The translations under genes and the position numbers were made by a program. A stretch of 64,000 bases of DNA. It comes from Schizochytrium sp. TIO01. Taxonomy: Eukaryota > Protista > Bigyra: Labyrinthulomycetes. Below are positions 1-10,247 of the stretch, piece after piece (the stretch's first letter is position 1; every line of letters starts with the position of its first letter). The stretch lies in assembly GCA_004764695.1 (NCBI GenBank), contig SMSO01000032.1, positions 1,116,001-1,180,000 on the forward strand, read 5' to 3'. Under the pieces are notes generated by a model. That model had not been told where the DNA came from and ran no database searches. It saw nothing but the letters and a program-made list of their open reading frames with translations.

Positions 1-2634
1 TTTCGAGGCTTCCGTGCTCGAAAGTATGCTTCGAGAGTCTTTCATCGAAAGGTTCTTGTAAGTAAAGCGGCCTTCATTAAAGTTTCTACAGAACTGAAAC
101 GATATCATCTTGGGTGGAGATATCTTTCAGTGCATATGGTCCTTTATACACTTGCAATATTGCTCGCTTATTTTCAGTTCGCTGCGTTCATTCCATCAGC
201 ATATAGCCAAGAATATGCATTGCTCAATTCCTTAGACCGAGTTGGCCAGTCTGCGGGTTTCACGTACGATGAGGTATCCTCTGTTTCAGGAGCGGTAGAC
301 TTTATCAAATACATGGCTCGTGAGTTAAACAACCCTGACCCATACTACATGGATGAGCGGAATGTGAGTGACCTGTGTATTTTCGAATCTTGCCCTTCCA
401 ACCTTTCCGAGGCTATTGAAGAATGCACAGCAATTACAAAGTATAGCGGCTTCCTTGATCAATATAACCGGCAGCAGATCGGGCTTGTAGTGATGCAAAA
501 TCGTCGGAAACTTGTTCCATGTAAAGCTGCTATGCGGGACATTTATCAAGAGCTTGATATAAATCACGATGATAACTCCACCAGTATGTGCGCCTCGGAG
601 CACTCTACAAGTAGCACTTATCAGAGTCAATATGCATCCTGGTATCCGGAGATCCTCACAAACTTTTCGTTGTTCAAGGTGAATCCATTTCAGTTTGACT
701 CAAACCTTGATTCATTTCTTGTTGCTTTTGATCTTGGGCTCTTAAATATAGAAGAAGGATTTATGGAATGCGCATTAACTTACCTTTTTGATACTGTTCA
801 CTGGGTAGACCAAATGACCTCCGATTTATGTGCTGTGATGGTAGTTCAAAACTTAAACGGTGAAGGGCGGTACGGATATATGAACCTGTGCTTTGAAACA
901 GATATTGGAGGTTTGGTTACATCTAAGGTTATTGTGCATTCAGCTCAGCCTTCGAGCACTTCTGTTCGTGTTGGTGCAATTTTTCTTGCAAGTATATATG
1001 CTCTCTTCGTTATCGTGAGTGCTGTGTTCGCATTCATTAAGATATTACGGAAAGTTCAGTGCAAAGTTGGCCGCTGGAAAACAAAACGCACACGTGCACC
1101 ATGCTGGCTGTCCATTCTTTTTGACCTTAGTTTGTCTTTTCTTCATGGTGTGGTAATTGTGCGTTTTTTCCAGTATGAAACGGCAAGTGATTTTACACCT
1201 TTTATCGGAGCAGATATGGAAGACATATTGATTGGCGTCAATAAAATTGTATCTTTCATTCAGGGCGTGACATTTACCCGAAATATATACGCCGTCCTTC
1301 TCATCTTCATGGTCATTCGTACGATTCAGCATCTTGACTTTCACCCTGACACGGGTATTATCTCTCGAACACTTGGTAGAGCTTCTTCGGATATTTATTC
1401 CTTCGTGTTTGTGTTTTTGGTACTTGTTCTTTCGTATGCATATGTAGGCCTTCTCATGTACAGTCCCTATGGCTCAGCCTTCTCATCGTTTTACGAATCT
1501 GTCAAAACTCTTCTCTTTGTATCAATGGGTGAATTTGATGACGCAATGGAAATTATTTTCTCGACGACCATACAAATAGATAGTGGCGTGGCGCAAGTTT
1601 ACTTTTGGACGTATGTCTTCTTTACAACACTGGTTCTTTTCAATATTCTACTGAGTATTGTTGTAGAAAGCTTTGTCACTTTTCAAGAGCACTGCAGAGC
1701 ATCCCCCACGATCACCTTTCGTCAGAGCTTACTTTTAGCTCTGGATATATTAAGATATGACATGGTGTACTTTTACTGGCCTCAGTTTAAACTTTGCATT
1801 CACAGTATTCGCAAAGACAAAGGAAAGCAACAAACAATATCCAAACCTGAAGCTGTATCTGCTTTGACGACTGCACATGCAGCTGCCGTTGGTACAGCCG
1901 GAACCACATCTACAGGAGTAAACCCAGTAATAACGACAGGAAGGGTTAATTTCTCTTCTCCTTCCGCCTCTTCCTCTTTGGGATACCTAGAGGCGGTTTC
2001 TATGAATCTTGACACTAGTCTTGGAAATGACCAATCGCCATCAACCACAAGTACGGAGGAAGAGGTGAACCTTCATCTACCTGATTTATCTTCGACAAAT
2101 AAGGCCTCGTCAAACAAAACAAAACCGCTCGTAGGTAGTACTCGGTTTTCTTCTAATGCTGAGGATGATAAATCGCGCATAGGCTCCTCTGAGGTGTCTC
2201 ATACCCGCGATGCAACCATGTTATTTAATAGTGGCACCAACATGTTTGATATTCTTCAAACTCCTCATCGCTATCTCGATCGTCTCGCATTTCTTAGATA
2301 TCACTTGGCCGGTTCTGTCCCGACGTTTGCACTACGCCAAGAGCTAGAACAAGTTTTTTCTTCCAGAATGTCAGAACGTCTACTATGGCTTCTTCGAGCT
2401 CGCACTGAGGAGTTGCGCCCATCGCAAGCTAGGGAGGAAGTCGATATGTTTTTCACAGAAAATGCAAGCCAAATTTACATAATTGACCAGTTAAAACGTG
2501 TCGGGAATCGTCTAGATGAAATTACAGAGCTGCAGAAGCGCAATTCGTTTGCTGGCGCCACAACAGTTCGTTCCAACGAGGACCAGATCCATCCGACAAA
2601 TGACACACAACTTCGCTCAAGGCAAAGTATTTAG
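1..2634 (+). CDS. Polycystin-2-like (PKD2/TRPP) cation channel, 5'-truncated by the window edge
   Basis: Frame 1 is open from base 1 (FRGFRARKYASRVF...), so the track start at 130 (GTG) is not the real start. TOP-domain motifs GLVVMQNRRK, WVDQMTSDLCAVMVVQN and FETDIGG; S4-S5 TLGRASSDIYSFVFVFLVLVLSYA; pore FSSFYESVKTLLFVSMGEFD; S6 YFWTYVFFTTLVLFNILLSIVVESF. Confidence 0.88.
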   Translation, partial: FRGFRARKYASRVFHRKVLVSKAAFIKVSTELKRYHLGWRYLSVHMVLYTLAILLAYFQFAAFIPSAYSQEYALLNSLDRVGQSAGFTYDEVSSVSGAVDFIKYMARELNNPDPYYMDERNVSDLCIFESCPSNLSEAIEECTAITKYSGFLDQYNRQQIGLVVMQNRRKLVPCKAAMRDIYQELDINHDDNSTSMCASEHSTSSTYQSQYASWYPEILTNFSLFKVNPFQFDSNLDSFLVAFDLGLLNIEEGFMECALTYLFDTVHWVDQMTSDLCAVMVVQNLNGEGRYGYMNLCFETDIGGLVTSKVIVHSAQPSSTSVRVGAIFLASIYALFVIVSAVFAFIKILRKVQCKVGRWKTKRTRAPCWLSILFDLSLSFLHGVVIVRFFQYETASDFTPFIGADMEDILIGVNKIVSFIQGVTFTRNIYAVLLIFMVIRTIQHLDFHPDTGIISRTLGRASSDIYSFVFVFLVLVLSYAYVGLLMYSPYGSAFSSFYESVKTLLFVSMGEFDDAMEIIFSTTIQIDSGVAQVYFWTYVFFTTLVLFNILLSIVVESFVTFQEHCRASPTITFRQSLLLALDILRYDMVYFYWPQFKLCIHSIRKDKGKQQTISKPEAVSALTTAHAAAVGTAGTTSTGVNPVITTGRVNFSSPSASSSLGYLEAVSMNLDTSLGNDQSPSTTSTEEEVNLHLPDLSSTNKASSNKTKPLVGSTRFSSNAEDDKSRIGSSEVSHTRDATMLFNSGTNMFDILQTPHRYLDRLAFLRYHLAGSVPTFALRQELEQVFSSRMSERLLWLLRARTEELRPSQAREEVDMFFTENASQIYIIDQLKRVGNRLDEITELQKRNSFAGATTVRSNEDQIHPTNDTQLRSRQSI

Positions 2635-2819
2635 GTTTTGTTTATTCATTTGAAATTGTTGAAATGTGTTTCTTTCCTTTTATTTTATGATACATGCTGC
2701 AATCTAGGCTAAAAATGCACTAATAGTTATAGGTACAAGAGAATTTAGCGCGTAAACAAAATTAACAAAGAATCAAAATTATATTTATCAAAGACGCTAA
2801 AGCTTACCTCATTTAGCAT

Positions 2820-5800
2820 TTAGTTCTCAAGAAGGCGCGCCCGAAGCCTCGAGTTTTCTTCCGTGGCTTGCTGATAGCGGTATTTTAGATCCTCAATCTC
2901 TTCGAAGAAGTCCATGTCAAATGCATTTAGCTCGTTCTTAAGACGCCGGTTCTCTTCACGTAAATCGTCCAGCTCGGCGTGGACTTCATGGCCAGCAGCC
3001 CCTAATGAAATACCACTTGGTAGATCTGTGGCTGCAGTTACCTCCATGCGTAAAGCTTCAATGACACGAGTTTGCTCTCTTACTTTGCGACGAAGATCGT
3101 CCACCTCGTAATCTCTACCATTACCTGAGTGGGGCTGACGACCAGTCAACCTGTCACTAGCTTGTTGCAACTCGTCAGCAAGTTTTTCATTTTCGGTACG
3201 CAGGGAAGTCGCCTGTGCTCGCTCTTTATCTACATCGGCCTCCAGTGACCTTACTTGTCGCCGGAGATTCCTTACAGCGTCTTGCAGTCGAATCGCTTTA
3301 GCTGAAGCATCATTGTATTTGCTTGAATTTTGCTGCAAGCTTTCTTTTTGTGCGATGAGTTCTTGGTTCTCTTGCTTTAACGATTTGACTTGCTTTTGCA
3401 AATCTGTATATCTAGCGTTACTTGTGGAACTCCGCTTGAGACGTTCATTCTCTGCTTGAAGTTTGCTCACCACCTTCTTCATAGATTCAACCACATTTTC
3501 AAGATCTCGTTCTCGCTTGAAGCGCTCACCCGGGGCTCGCGGGGCGCTATGTGCAGGTGAAGAGGAACCTTGCTTCATTTCATCATCGCGACGGACCTTT
3601 TCATAGCGGCTGGAAAGCTGCTCCATCTCAAAACGCAACTCTAGAATTGTGTTGTCACGATCTAATAATTCATTCTCAAGTTCTCGCGCATCTCTGCGGG
3701 ACTGATTCAACTGCTGCCTCAATTCATCTTCACGTGAGTATTGATCTTCGGCAATTTGAAGAGAGTCAGCATTGCCGGTGCGATGTCTCTTTCGGAATTG
3801 AAGAGACTCTAGTTCATCTTCAGCCTCACGCAAACGGACGCGGGTTGCCCGCAAATCCGAATTGAGTTTAGCAATCTCAGAAGGATGCTCAATTTCTGTA
3901 AGACGTCGCAACTCAGTGATTTGATCATTCTTCTCTTCAATCTCTTGCAAAGCTTCGTCGAGGTTCCGGCGGAGGTCACGAACTTGTTCTTGCTCCTTGA
4001 CGGTCCGTGATGCCCCGTTTGCTGTTGCCCCCCAAGCAGACGACGGGGCGCGAAGAGATCTAGCTTGCTGGCTTACCTTCTCGACCAGCTGCTTTGCTTG
4101 TTGCGTTTGAGCTCGCGATGCTTCAAGCTCACGAGTCCGCTCTTCCAATCGCCGTGTTAGAAGAGCAACCTTCTTTTCTAGTTTCTTATCTGCTTCCCAC
4201 CTCGATGTGGAATCTTGATTTGCATTAGCATTATGAGAGGTTGCGGACAGAACATGATTTGAATTGTAACCAGAGGACTTTGCAGCCGAACGAAGTGCAG
4301 CGTTTTGAGCTTCAAGTACCTTGACACGCTTCTCCAGCCGCTCGATCTCTTGAGATGATGCAGCTGTATCACTGTGATCATTTCTTTGAGTATTGTCAGG
4401 TGCCTTGGACTCGCCACCCCCTCTTGTTTGCAAAGCTTGCAAATTCTGCAGATTTTCGCGCAAACGTCGGTTTTCTCGGCGCAACTCGTCAATTTTACGC
4501 TGTAATTTCCCCACGTCAGCACCCGACCGAGATTGCTCTTCGCCACGCAGTTCGGCCTCATCTGCTTGTTCTTGGAGTTCTTGGCGAAGTTTACTATTTT
4601 CCGTGCGAAACTTTTCTTCCCGGCGTTTTGTGTTGTCAAGATCCTGCTGGGTTTGCTCGACCCGCTCACGGAGCGCCTCAAGCTGATCTCGTACATTAGC
4701 TGTCACTGCTTGATTCTCATCATCTTTGCTGGGCTTTCGAACGGTTGAGCTTAGCGCATTCATGGCACGGTCACGTTTGATAAGCTCTTGTTCATGCTCT
4801 TCTTCAGCCTTAACGAACTCAGTTTTCAAAGCAAGTACAGCAGAACGAAGGCCGGCTAAGGTCTTTTCCTTCGCAGCTAACTGCCCGCGAAGTTGCTTAA
4901 GAAGCTCTTTGGCACCATGGGCTTCATTTTGTTCTGCCATTCGTCGCACCTTTTCGCGAAGAGTTTCGGCAATTTCAGCACTTTGTCCTGCGCGATCCTC
5001 GGCTTTGCCACGTAGAATTTGCAACTCCTCTACCATTCGCTCAAGCTCTAGAATGCGGCGGTCCTTCCTTTCAAGAATGATGTCTGCCTCTTCGAGTCGA
5101 TCAACAAGCTCACGGTTATATGCTGCATCAGCATACTCCGCCCCGCCTTCATCTCCTTGGCCTGGAATAGCTCCACGAGAGATATCTTCGTACGCAGTAC
5201 GCAGATTATTGATTGCATCGCGATTATCTTCATACAGTTTCTCCGTGAGGCGTTCAATCTCGGCCTGGTCTCGCTCTCGTTCAGCAAGTACAGCCTTACG
5301 TTCCATCTCAAGCTTCTGCTTGAGAGCCTCGATGGTTTGGTTTTTGCGAGCAATTATATCCTTGAAGGACGCGACAGACTGCTGTGCGGCGACCTGTAAT
5401 TTTCGCGCATCAGCCTGGTAGAGATTTGCAGCTCGATTCTTGACGTGCTGTCGACCTGTCGCGCTAGCGTATTCAAGTTCTTCGCCTTGATTCGCTTCAT
5501 CATCCTCGTCAAGATTGAGATCTTCCGGATCATCAGGAAGCCCTTCAGCACGAAGTCGCTTTCGCAGTAGACGAACTTGGTTGGCTTTATGTTGAAGTTG
5601 ACGCTGAAAGCGCTCCTCTCGGTCTTCTGCTTCGCGAAGTTGGCGATCAAGTTCAGCTAGTGTAGCCGAAGAGGTGTGAGATACATCATGCGATGGAATG
5701 TTCTTTTCAATTTGTAACATTGAAGAACGAACCTCTTCCTCGCCGAGTTCTCTGACGAGGTGATCTGAAGAATCGATCACAGAACTACCCTTTGGCATCG

Positions 5801-8800
5801 GGAAGCCAAGGGCGCTTCGTGGATGTGAATCAGAAAATCTCTGCAACCGACGTTCGTCTTCATATCTACGTAGAGTGTTTTCCATGTTGGCGATACCTTC
5901 CTCTAGGCGCAACATATGCTCCTCGTCCCTAGAACGAAGCTTCTCCAAATGCGTCTTCTCCTCTTTAAGAAGTTGCATCTCTCGGCTTTGACGCATTGAA
6001 TCTAGCTTAGCTGCTTTGAGGTCCTCATTCAGCTGCAAAAGACGTTGCGCAAGGTTTCTATGTTCGCTTTTTATTGAGCCATCCTTGCTATTTTCATCAG
6101 GAGTACTGAGCACACGGTGTTTGAGATCTTCCATAGCAGAGGCCATGGTCTCAAGTTCAATTCGTTTGGCTTCAATTTCAGACTCTAAGTGTCTTCGTGA
6201 TGTCTCTGAGCGGCGCAGAGCTTCTTCTGAATGCTCTGCAGATTCTCCCAGGCGGGCAATCATCTCTGATAGTTGCTCCATATTTGCCATTGACGTTGAC
6301 GGTGAAGTCATCGTAACAAGTGCCAAAGATGCTGTATTTGTTGCATTTGACGGATTGGGTGGAGGCGAAGCGCCCAAATGTTCTAAAGCGCTTTCGAGAG
6401 CAAGAATTCGGCTACGGACCTCCTCACGAGTTTGCTGAAGGACACGGTCCTTTTCGTCAATCTGTGCTTCTTGCTTGCGAAGGCGAATTTCATATCGCCT
6501 CACTGTTGCTTGAGCCTTTTCAAACTTTCTCACAAAAAGTTGATAACTAACCTTGGTTGTGGTCAGCTCATGCTGCAGCTTCCCGATTATAGCATCATCA
6601 TCCGAGCGTGCATTAACCTCGCGTAGCTGCTCTCGAAGAGTGTCAGTCTCTTGCACTCGAGCATTTTGAAGCGCTTCAAACGCTTGCACTTGTGTGGTTG
6701 CAATATCGGCTAACTCGCGATGCCTTTCTGCCTCACGCGAGATGGCTTTGTACATATTTTCAAGGTCTTTAATTCTCTCATCTAAGACCTTGCGCTCTTC
6801 GCTCGTTGCTCCTCCCTGGAACCTGGACTGAAGCTCAGATAGTTCTTGCTCAATCTTTTTAATCACCTCACGTGCAGCCTCGAGAGACTCTTCGGCTCGA
6901 TCTGCCCGCTCAGTTTCGCTTTCAAGCTCCTTAGCTAAGTCTGTAGCTCTTTTATCAAGAATGTCTGCTTTTTTCACTGTTGACGCCAGCACAATTTCTT
7001 TCTCAACTGCATCACCCTTAAACTTAGCAACCTGTTGAATCAAATCGTTCTGCTCGCTTGGTGCTTCTTCTTCTCTTAGGCGTCGCTGTAGCCACTCGTA
7101 CTGCTCCTTCGAAGCTAAGTTCTCTTTTCGAATCCTTGTTGCTTCAGTACGGGCGAGCTCAAGGTCTGACTCCAGAGCGTTGACTCGTCTCCTCAACGCC
7201 TGGGCTCCACTGGTCTTGCCACGAAGTTGTGCTTCGCGAGCCAGCAAGTCTCGATACTTATGGTTTACTTGGGCGAGTTTGCGCACAACTTGTTCGTGAG
7301 AGTCTCTCGGGACGAGTCTGTCCATGGAGCGCTGCATCGCATCTAGCTGAGCTTGAGCGCCAGCCTTCCACTCTTCTAAGTAGAGAACCCTCTCGCGAAG
7401 TGCAGTTTCCGCCTGGATCATTTCGTGCTGAAGAATTTCCTTTTCTTGGCGAACGAGACGTTCTTCCTCTACAATAAGGTTATAGCGTCGCGCTAGAACA
7501 ACTTCATTGACCTCAAGGATAGCTACCTTGCGCGTGAGGTCTTTGGCATGTGTTCGTGCATCATGATCATCTCCATCTAGAACCGCACAAAGTGTATCAA
7601 GTCTGCGTGCTTTCACACGGAGGGCATCTCTTTCGCCACGAGCTTCATCTGCCTCCTTACGCAAATTATCCGTTTGCATTTTCCAGTTTTCGCGAGCTTC
7701 AACATATTCACGATAAAGAATTGCCATCTGGGAAGCATGAGTTTCGATTTTCCTGGCATAGTCTTGCAAGGATGACTCTAGCTGCACAGTTTCCCGTTCT
7801 TTCTGCAGAAGGCGTTCCATACAGGCAGTGAGTCGGTTGTTTGCAAGAATCATGGGTTCAGTCCACTCTTCCGGTGGTAAACGATACTGTGTGATGTGCT
7901 GCTCTGCGAATTGCTGGCCAACCATAGTTGAGGGCATTTCAAGCTCAGAGCGTTCGTAGAATGGTGAAGAAGAACGAGCCTGTGAGTAGCCTCCGTGGCC
8001 TCCTCCTCGAGTAGCTCTCGGCGAGGGTGAAATCAACATATCTGGCCCAGCCTGCTGAATTCTCTCAAGGAGTAACTCAGCTTCTTGAAGACGATGTGTA
8101 AGTTGCTCGTTCATCGCAGATTGCCGCTCGAGCTCGTTGCGCATGGACTCGACCTGATCGCGATCGAGTTTGGTTTGCCCACTAGAGCCTGCTTCGAGCT
8201 TCGACTGAAGCATTTGCATCAGCTTTTCGTAGCCGGGGTCGATGTGAGGAGACCGCATGGGCATGTGGCTTGGTGATCCTTGGCCATCGCGACGCCGTCC
8301 AAGTGATTCAATGCTGAGCTGTTGCGAGCTCATAAAATTTGAAATGGTTCTTTGAATGTCAAGTTTCATTTCAGCCATCATAGCTTGCTGATCTCGAGCA
8401 AGCTTCTCAAGCTGCTCCTGGTTGCTAAAGCCTCCGGAAATGCCGTGACGCTTGTCATGACCAAAAGTCGAGGAGCCAACAGAAGAGGAATTCGGATCAC
8501 TGAGGTCGCGGTATTGCGAAACTGCATTCTCATGAATAGGATCAGACGCCTCAGGGAATGTGACGGGAAAGTTATTCTCAACACGCAGCTCAGCTGCTGC
8601 AAGATCACGCTCTGTCTCTCGAAGGCGTTGCTTAAGATCTCTAATCTCCTCCCTGAGCTGCAGCGATTTATCATTGAGTGGAAGTTCCACACGGCCCTCG
8701 CGTAGATTATCCACAAATTGGTTCACCTGCGTAATCTGCTCCGCTGTAAGACCAAATAGTTTCATGCCCTTCTCTCCCATGTTGAGTGCATTAACTCTTA

Positions 8801-10247
8801 GCGAGTCGAGCAGCCTGACTCTCTCGTCTTCAAGTGCTTCATTCTGACTCTCTAGCTCTCGGATAAGCGCTTGCAGCCTCTCGGTTTGGCCCCGCATACC
8901 TTCCTCCAGCTCCAAGTCATCATACTGGAAGCTCTCAGGCACACCAGCCTTCTTCTTTAGCCTTCGGCATGTTTCATAGAGCTTCTCATGTGCCGCAATT
9001 CTTTCTGACAAGGCTTGATTCAGTCTCCTTATCTCCTTGTCCCTCCTTTTAATGTCTCCCTTTAGTTTCTTTTGCTTCACCACTGCCTCCGTGAGCCCAT
9101 GTCCCCTCTCATACTCAGCCAGTGTGAACTCTCTGTCTTGAAGCTCTTCTTCGACAGCTGCCTTCTCTTCGTCCAGCTCACGGTATCGTGCCCTCTCCTC
9201 TTCCAAGATCTGATCGCGGTGCACTAAGACCTGTTTCAGGCGCTCGATCTCTGCCTTTTCCTTCTCGAGAGCGATATCAATAAATTTCCCTTGGTCTGCC
9301 CGAAGTGCGTCGTTGTCTCGTGCCAGCTCTCGCATGTCATCCTTTGCCGCTTCTAGCTCCTCTCTTGTTTTTGCAAGTTCCTTTGCAACAGAAGCTGCTT
9401 TTTCTTCTGATGCGACGAGTTCCTGCTCAATCTCCCTCAAACCTGACTCCACGAGGAGGGCATCACAACGCTTCTGCAGATCTTTTTGTGCTGCTCTTTC
9501 TGCCTCAAGGTCTGCCTGCACTGAGCGTACTTTTGCTTTCCATTTATCCACCTTGGCCTTAACACGTTCTTCAACCTCAACCTCCATCTCTGCTGCTGCT
9601 GATACCTCTTCCTGTGCTGCTGCCAGAGCCGCATCACGTTCTGCCAAGAGTCGTTTCAATTCCTCTACCTCACTCTCGGTGTCCTGGAGTTCTTGCCTTG
9701 ATGCTTCGAGGTTAGCATTCTGGGCCTTAAGCTCCTCCTCCTTCTCTGTGACAGCCTGGTATAGCGTCTTTATATCTGCCTCGTGTCTCGCGAGCTCATT
9801 ACGGAGGTCCGTGTTCTCCGTTAGCGTCTTCACGAGGGTTTTGTTGAGTGACTTCTTGTGTTCTCCGAGGCGGCCTTCATGTTCTACAGCCTGTTCTGAT
9901 CTTTGTCGCATCGCATGTAGATTTTCTTCTGCAGTCTCAAGTCTTTCCTGTGTCTTTTGTAGTTCCGCCTCGAGCCTCAGCTTGTCCATCTTGAGCGCCT
10001 TCGTTTGCAGGTCAAGCTCTCGCGCCCTTGCTTCTTGGCTCTTGCCCGCATCCATCGACCGTTCCCGTTCATCTTCCGCCCTTGCCAGCTGAGCTCTCAG
10101 CTCCAGAACTTCTTCGCGCAGTTCAAGTTCTCCTCCGAGCCCTCCATCGCGCAGCTCTGCCTCCAGCTGCAAGTTCCTCGCCAGCGCCTCCGCGAGCTCG
10201 TCACTCAGCTGCTCCAGCTGCTCCGCAAGCTCTGCTTGAGTTGCCAT
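2820..10247 (-). CDS. CEP290: Centrosomal/ciliary transition-zone protein CEP290 homolog (about 2475 aa, no intron evident)
   Basis: Very long coiled coil. CEP290-like segments YERGHGLTEAV, LEDERVRLL, ARSDDDAIIGKLQHEL, WEADKKLEKKV, MKKVVSKLQAENERLKR and the C-terminal signature ELNAFDMDFFEEIEDLKYRY. First ATG at 10247 (ACA ATG GCA); track start 10292 is GTG. Confidence 0.92.
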   Translation of the reverse strand: MATQAELAEQLEQLSDELAEALARNLQLEAELRDGGLGGELELREEVLELRAQLARAEDERERSMDAGKSQEARARELDLQTKALKMDKLRLEAELQKTQERLETAEENLHAMRQRSEQAVEHEGRLGEHKKSLNKTLVKTLTENTDLRNELARHEADIKTLYQAVTEKEEELKAQNANLEASRQELQDTESEVEELKRLLAERDAALAAAQEEVSAAAEMEVEVEERVKAKVDKWKAKVRSVQADLEAERAAQKDLQKRCDALLVESGLREIEQELVASEEKAASVAKELAKTREELEAAKDDMRELARDNDALRADQGKFIDIALEKEKAEIERLKQVLVHRDQILEEERARYRELDEEKAAVEEELQDREFTLAEYERGHGLTEAVVKQKKLKGDIKRRDKEIRRLNQALSERIAAHEKLYETCRRLKKKAGVPESFQYDDLELEEGMRGQTERLQALIRELESQNEALEDERVRLLDSLRVNALNMGEKGMKLFGLTAEQITQVNQFVDNLREGRVELPLNDKSLQLREEIRDLKQRLRETERDLAAAELRVENNFPVTFPEASDPIHENAVSQYRDLSDPNSSSVGSSTFGHDKRHGISGGFSNQEQLEKLARDQQAMMAEMKLDIQRTISNFMSSQQLSIESLGRRRDGQGSPSHMPMRSPHIDPGYEKLMQMLQSKLEAGSSGQTKLDRDQVESMRNELERQSAMNEQLTHRLQEAELLLERIQQAGPDMLISPSPRATRGGGHGGYSQARSSSPFYERSELEMPSTMVGQQFAEQHITQYRLPPEEWTEPMILANNRLTACMERLLQKERETVQLESSLQDYARKIETHASQMAILYREYVEARENWKMQTDNLRKEADEARGERDALRVKARRLDTLCAVLDGDDHDARTHAKDLTRKVAILEVNEVVLARRYNLIVEEERLVRQEKEILQHEMIQAETALRERVLYLEEWKAGAQAQLDAMQRSMDRLVPRDSHEQVVRKLAQVNHKYRDLLAREAQLRGKTSGAQALRRRVNALESDLELARTEATRIRKENLASKEQYEWLQRRLREEEAPSEQNDLIQQVAKFKGDAVEKEIVLASTVKKADILDKRATDLAKELESETERADRAEESLEAAREVIKKIEQELSELQSRFQGGATSEERKVLDERIKDLENMYKAISREAERHRELADIATTQVQAFEALQNARVQETDTLREQLREVNARSDDDAIIGKLQHELTTTKVSYQLFVRKFEKAQATVRRYEIRLRKQEAQIDEKDRVLQQTREEVRSRILALESALEHLGASPPPNPSNATNTASLALVTMTSPSTSMANMEQLSEMIARLGESAEHSEEALRRSETSRRHLESEIEAKRIELETMASAMEDLKHRVLSTPDENSKDGSIKSEHRNLAQRLLQLNEDLKAAKLDSMRQSREMQLLKEEKTHLEKLRSRDEEHMLRLEEGIANMENTLRRYEDERRLQRFSDSHPRSALGFPMPKGSSVIDSSDHLVRELGEEEVRSSMLQIEKNIPSHDVSHTSSATLAELDRQLREAEDREERFQRQLQHKANQVRLLRKRLRAEGLPDDPEDLNLDEDDEANQGEELEYASATGRQHVKNRAANLYQADARKLQVAAQQSVASFKDIIARKNQTIEALKQKLEMERKAVLAERERDQAEIERLTEKLYEDNRDAINNLRTAYEDISRGAIPGQGDEGGAEYADAAYNRELVDRLEEADIILERKDRRILELERMVEELQILRGKAEDRAGQSAEIAETLREKVRRMAEQNEAHGAKELLKQLRGQLAAKEKTLAGLRSAVLALKTEFVKAEEEHEQELIKRDRAMNALSSTVRKPSKDDENQAVTANVRDQLEALRERVEQTQQDLDNTKRREEKFRTENSKLRQELQEQADEAELRGEEQSRSGADVGKLQRKIDELRRENRRLRENLQNLQALQTRGGGESKAPDNTQRNDHSDTAASSQEIERLEKRVKVLEAQNAALRSAAKSSGYNSNHVLSATSHNANANQDSTSRWEADKKLEKKVALLTRRLEERTRELEASRAQTQQAKQLVEKVSQQARSLRAPSSAWGATANGASRTVKEQEQVRDLRRNLDEALQEIEEKNDQITELRRLTEIEHPSEIAKLNSDLRATRVRLREAEDELESLQFRKRHRTGNADSLQIAEDQYSREDELRQQLNQSRRDARELENELLDRDNTILELRFEMEQLSSRYEKVRRDDEMKQGSSSPAHSAPRAPGERFKRERDLENVVESMKKVVSKLQAENERLKRSSTSNARYTDLQKQVKSLKQENQELIAQKESLQQNSSKYNDASAKAIRLQDAVRNLRRQVRSLEADVDKERAQATSLRTENEKLADELQQASDRLTGRQPHSGNGRDYEVDDLRRKVREQTRVIEALRMEVTAATDLPSGISLGAAGHEVHAELDDLREENRRLKNELNAFDMDFFEEIEDLKYRYQQATEENSRLRARLLEN

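Noticed and set aside
1-10247. Ciliary gene cluster (polycystin next to CEP290)
   Set aside because: Two convergent genes with no shared promoter; adjacency is easily chance.
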